DNA from: Marsupella aquatica
Taxonomy: Eukaryota; Plantae; Marchantiophyta
DNA: 64,000 nucleotides
Assembly: GCA_973895155.1 (NCBI GenBank)
Contig: OZ316891.1
Span: 30,325,112 to 30,389,111 of the forward strand
Direction of reading: 5' to 3'
Shown here: piece by piece, positions 63,543-64,000 of the stretch
Numbering within the stretch: the stretch's first letter is position 1
Layout of the letters: each line of letters begins with the position of its first letter
Translations under genes and position numbers: made by a program
Notes under the pieces: generated by a model
Databases searched by the model: none
Seen by the model: only the letters and a program-made list of their open reading frames with translations
Told to the model about the DNA's origin: nothing

Positions 63543-64000
63543 CTGCAAAATTATCGTCCATGAGCAAACAAGAATCAGTGAGCTATCTATGAAGAAGCTA
63601 ATCAGTTGATCAATGTAGCACCAGAAGGAAACAAGTCTATCAGCATTTCCTGCAACAGTGCACCACAAGTAACCCCGCCCAATATCCACAGGTGCATGTC
63701 CTCCTTGAAAAGCGACGGGCTAGATTCCCCGAAACCATAGCCAATTTCCACTAATTCCCGAAGATTACCGTTGTTGTGCTCTAATGATAATTAAAAGCTG
63801 AGGGTTTAATCTAGGGGAATAGCAAGGCAAGAAGCCGAGGTTGTTATACTGGGAAAGTGCGTCCGAACAGGATCAAACAGAGAACGGGATAATTCCAACA
63901 TTTCGCAGAAAATGTCCATGACAAACAAACCCCAAACCCAACTCCTAAACTCCCCGTGGGGGGCGGGGGAGTTGTTGCTGCTATCTAGGCAGCTTCCACA

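Noticed and set aside
63600-64000. Further DNA-PKcs exon at the window end
   Set aside because: No convincing open frame with splice sites. It is probably intron, possibly with a repeat insertion.

Overview
Eukaryotic nuclear DNA with GT-AG introns, most likely from a non-flowering land plant such as a bryophyte (inferred from the plant-type genes plus DNA-PKcs). Host genes: an ANTH/AP180 clathrin assembly protein (-), an intronless PARP-type zinc-finger ORF (-), a low-specificity L-threonine aldolase (+), a TL19/PsbP-like thylakoid lumen protein (-), a UBA2-like two-RRM RNA-binding protein (-) and the 3' part of DNA-PKcs (-). The intergenic DNA is rich in MITEs, satellites, a solo LTR and a decayed Helitron. 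The most unusual object is a 6.1 kb Ty3/Gypsy-type retroelement at 47179-53284 (-). It encodes a cytosine-5 DNA methyltransferase C-terminal fragment fused to RT, RNase H, a DDE integrase and a PHD finger. Instead of two ordinary LTRs it has split direct repeats (A1-internal-B1-gc-A2-B2), outer TG...CA termini, a probable 4-bp TSD and a Tf1-like self-priming site. This geometry fits integration from a 2-LTR circle cut inside the LTR. All calls come from reading the sequence by eye; exon borders are approximate where stated.
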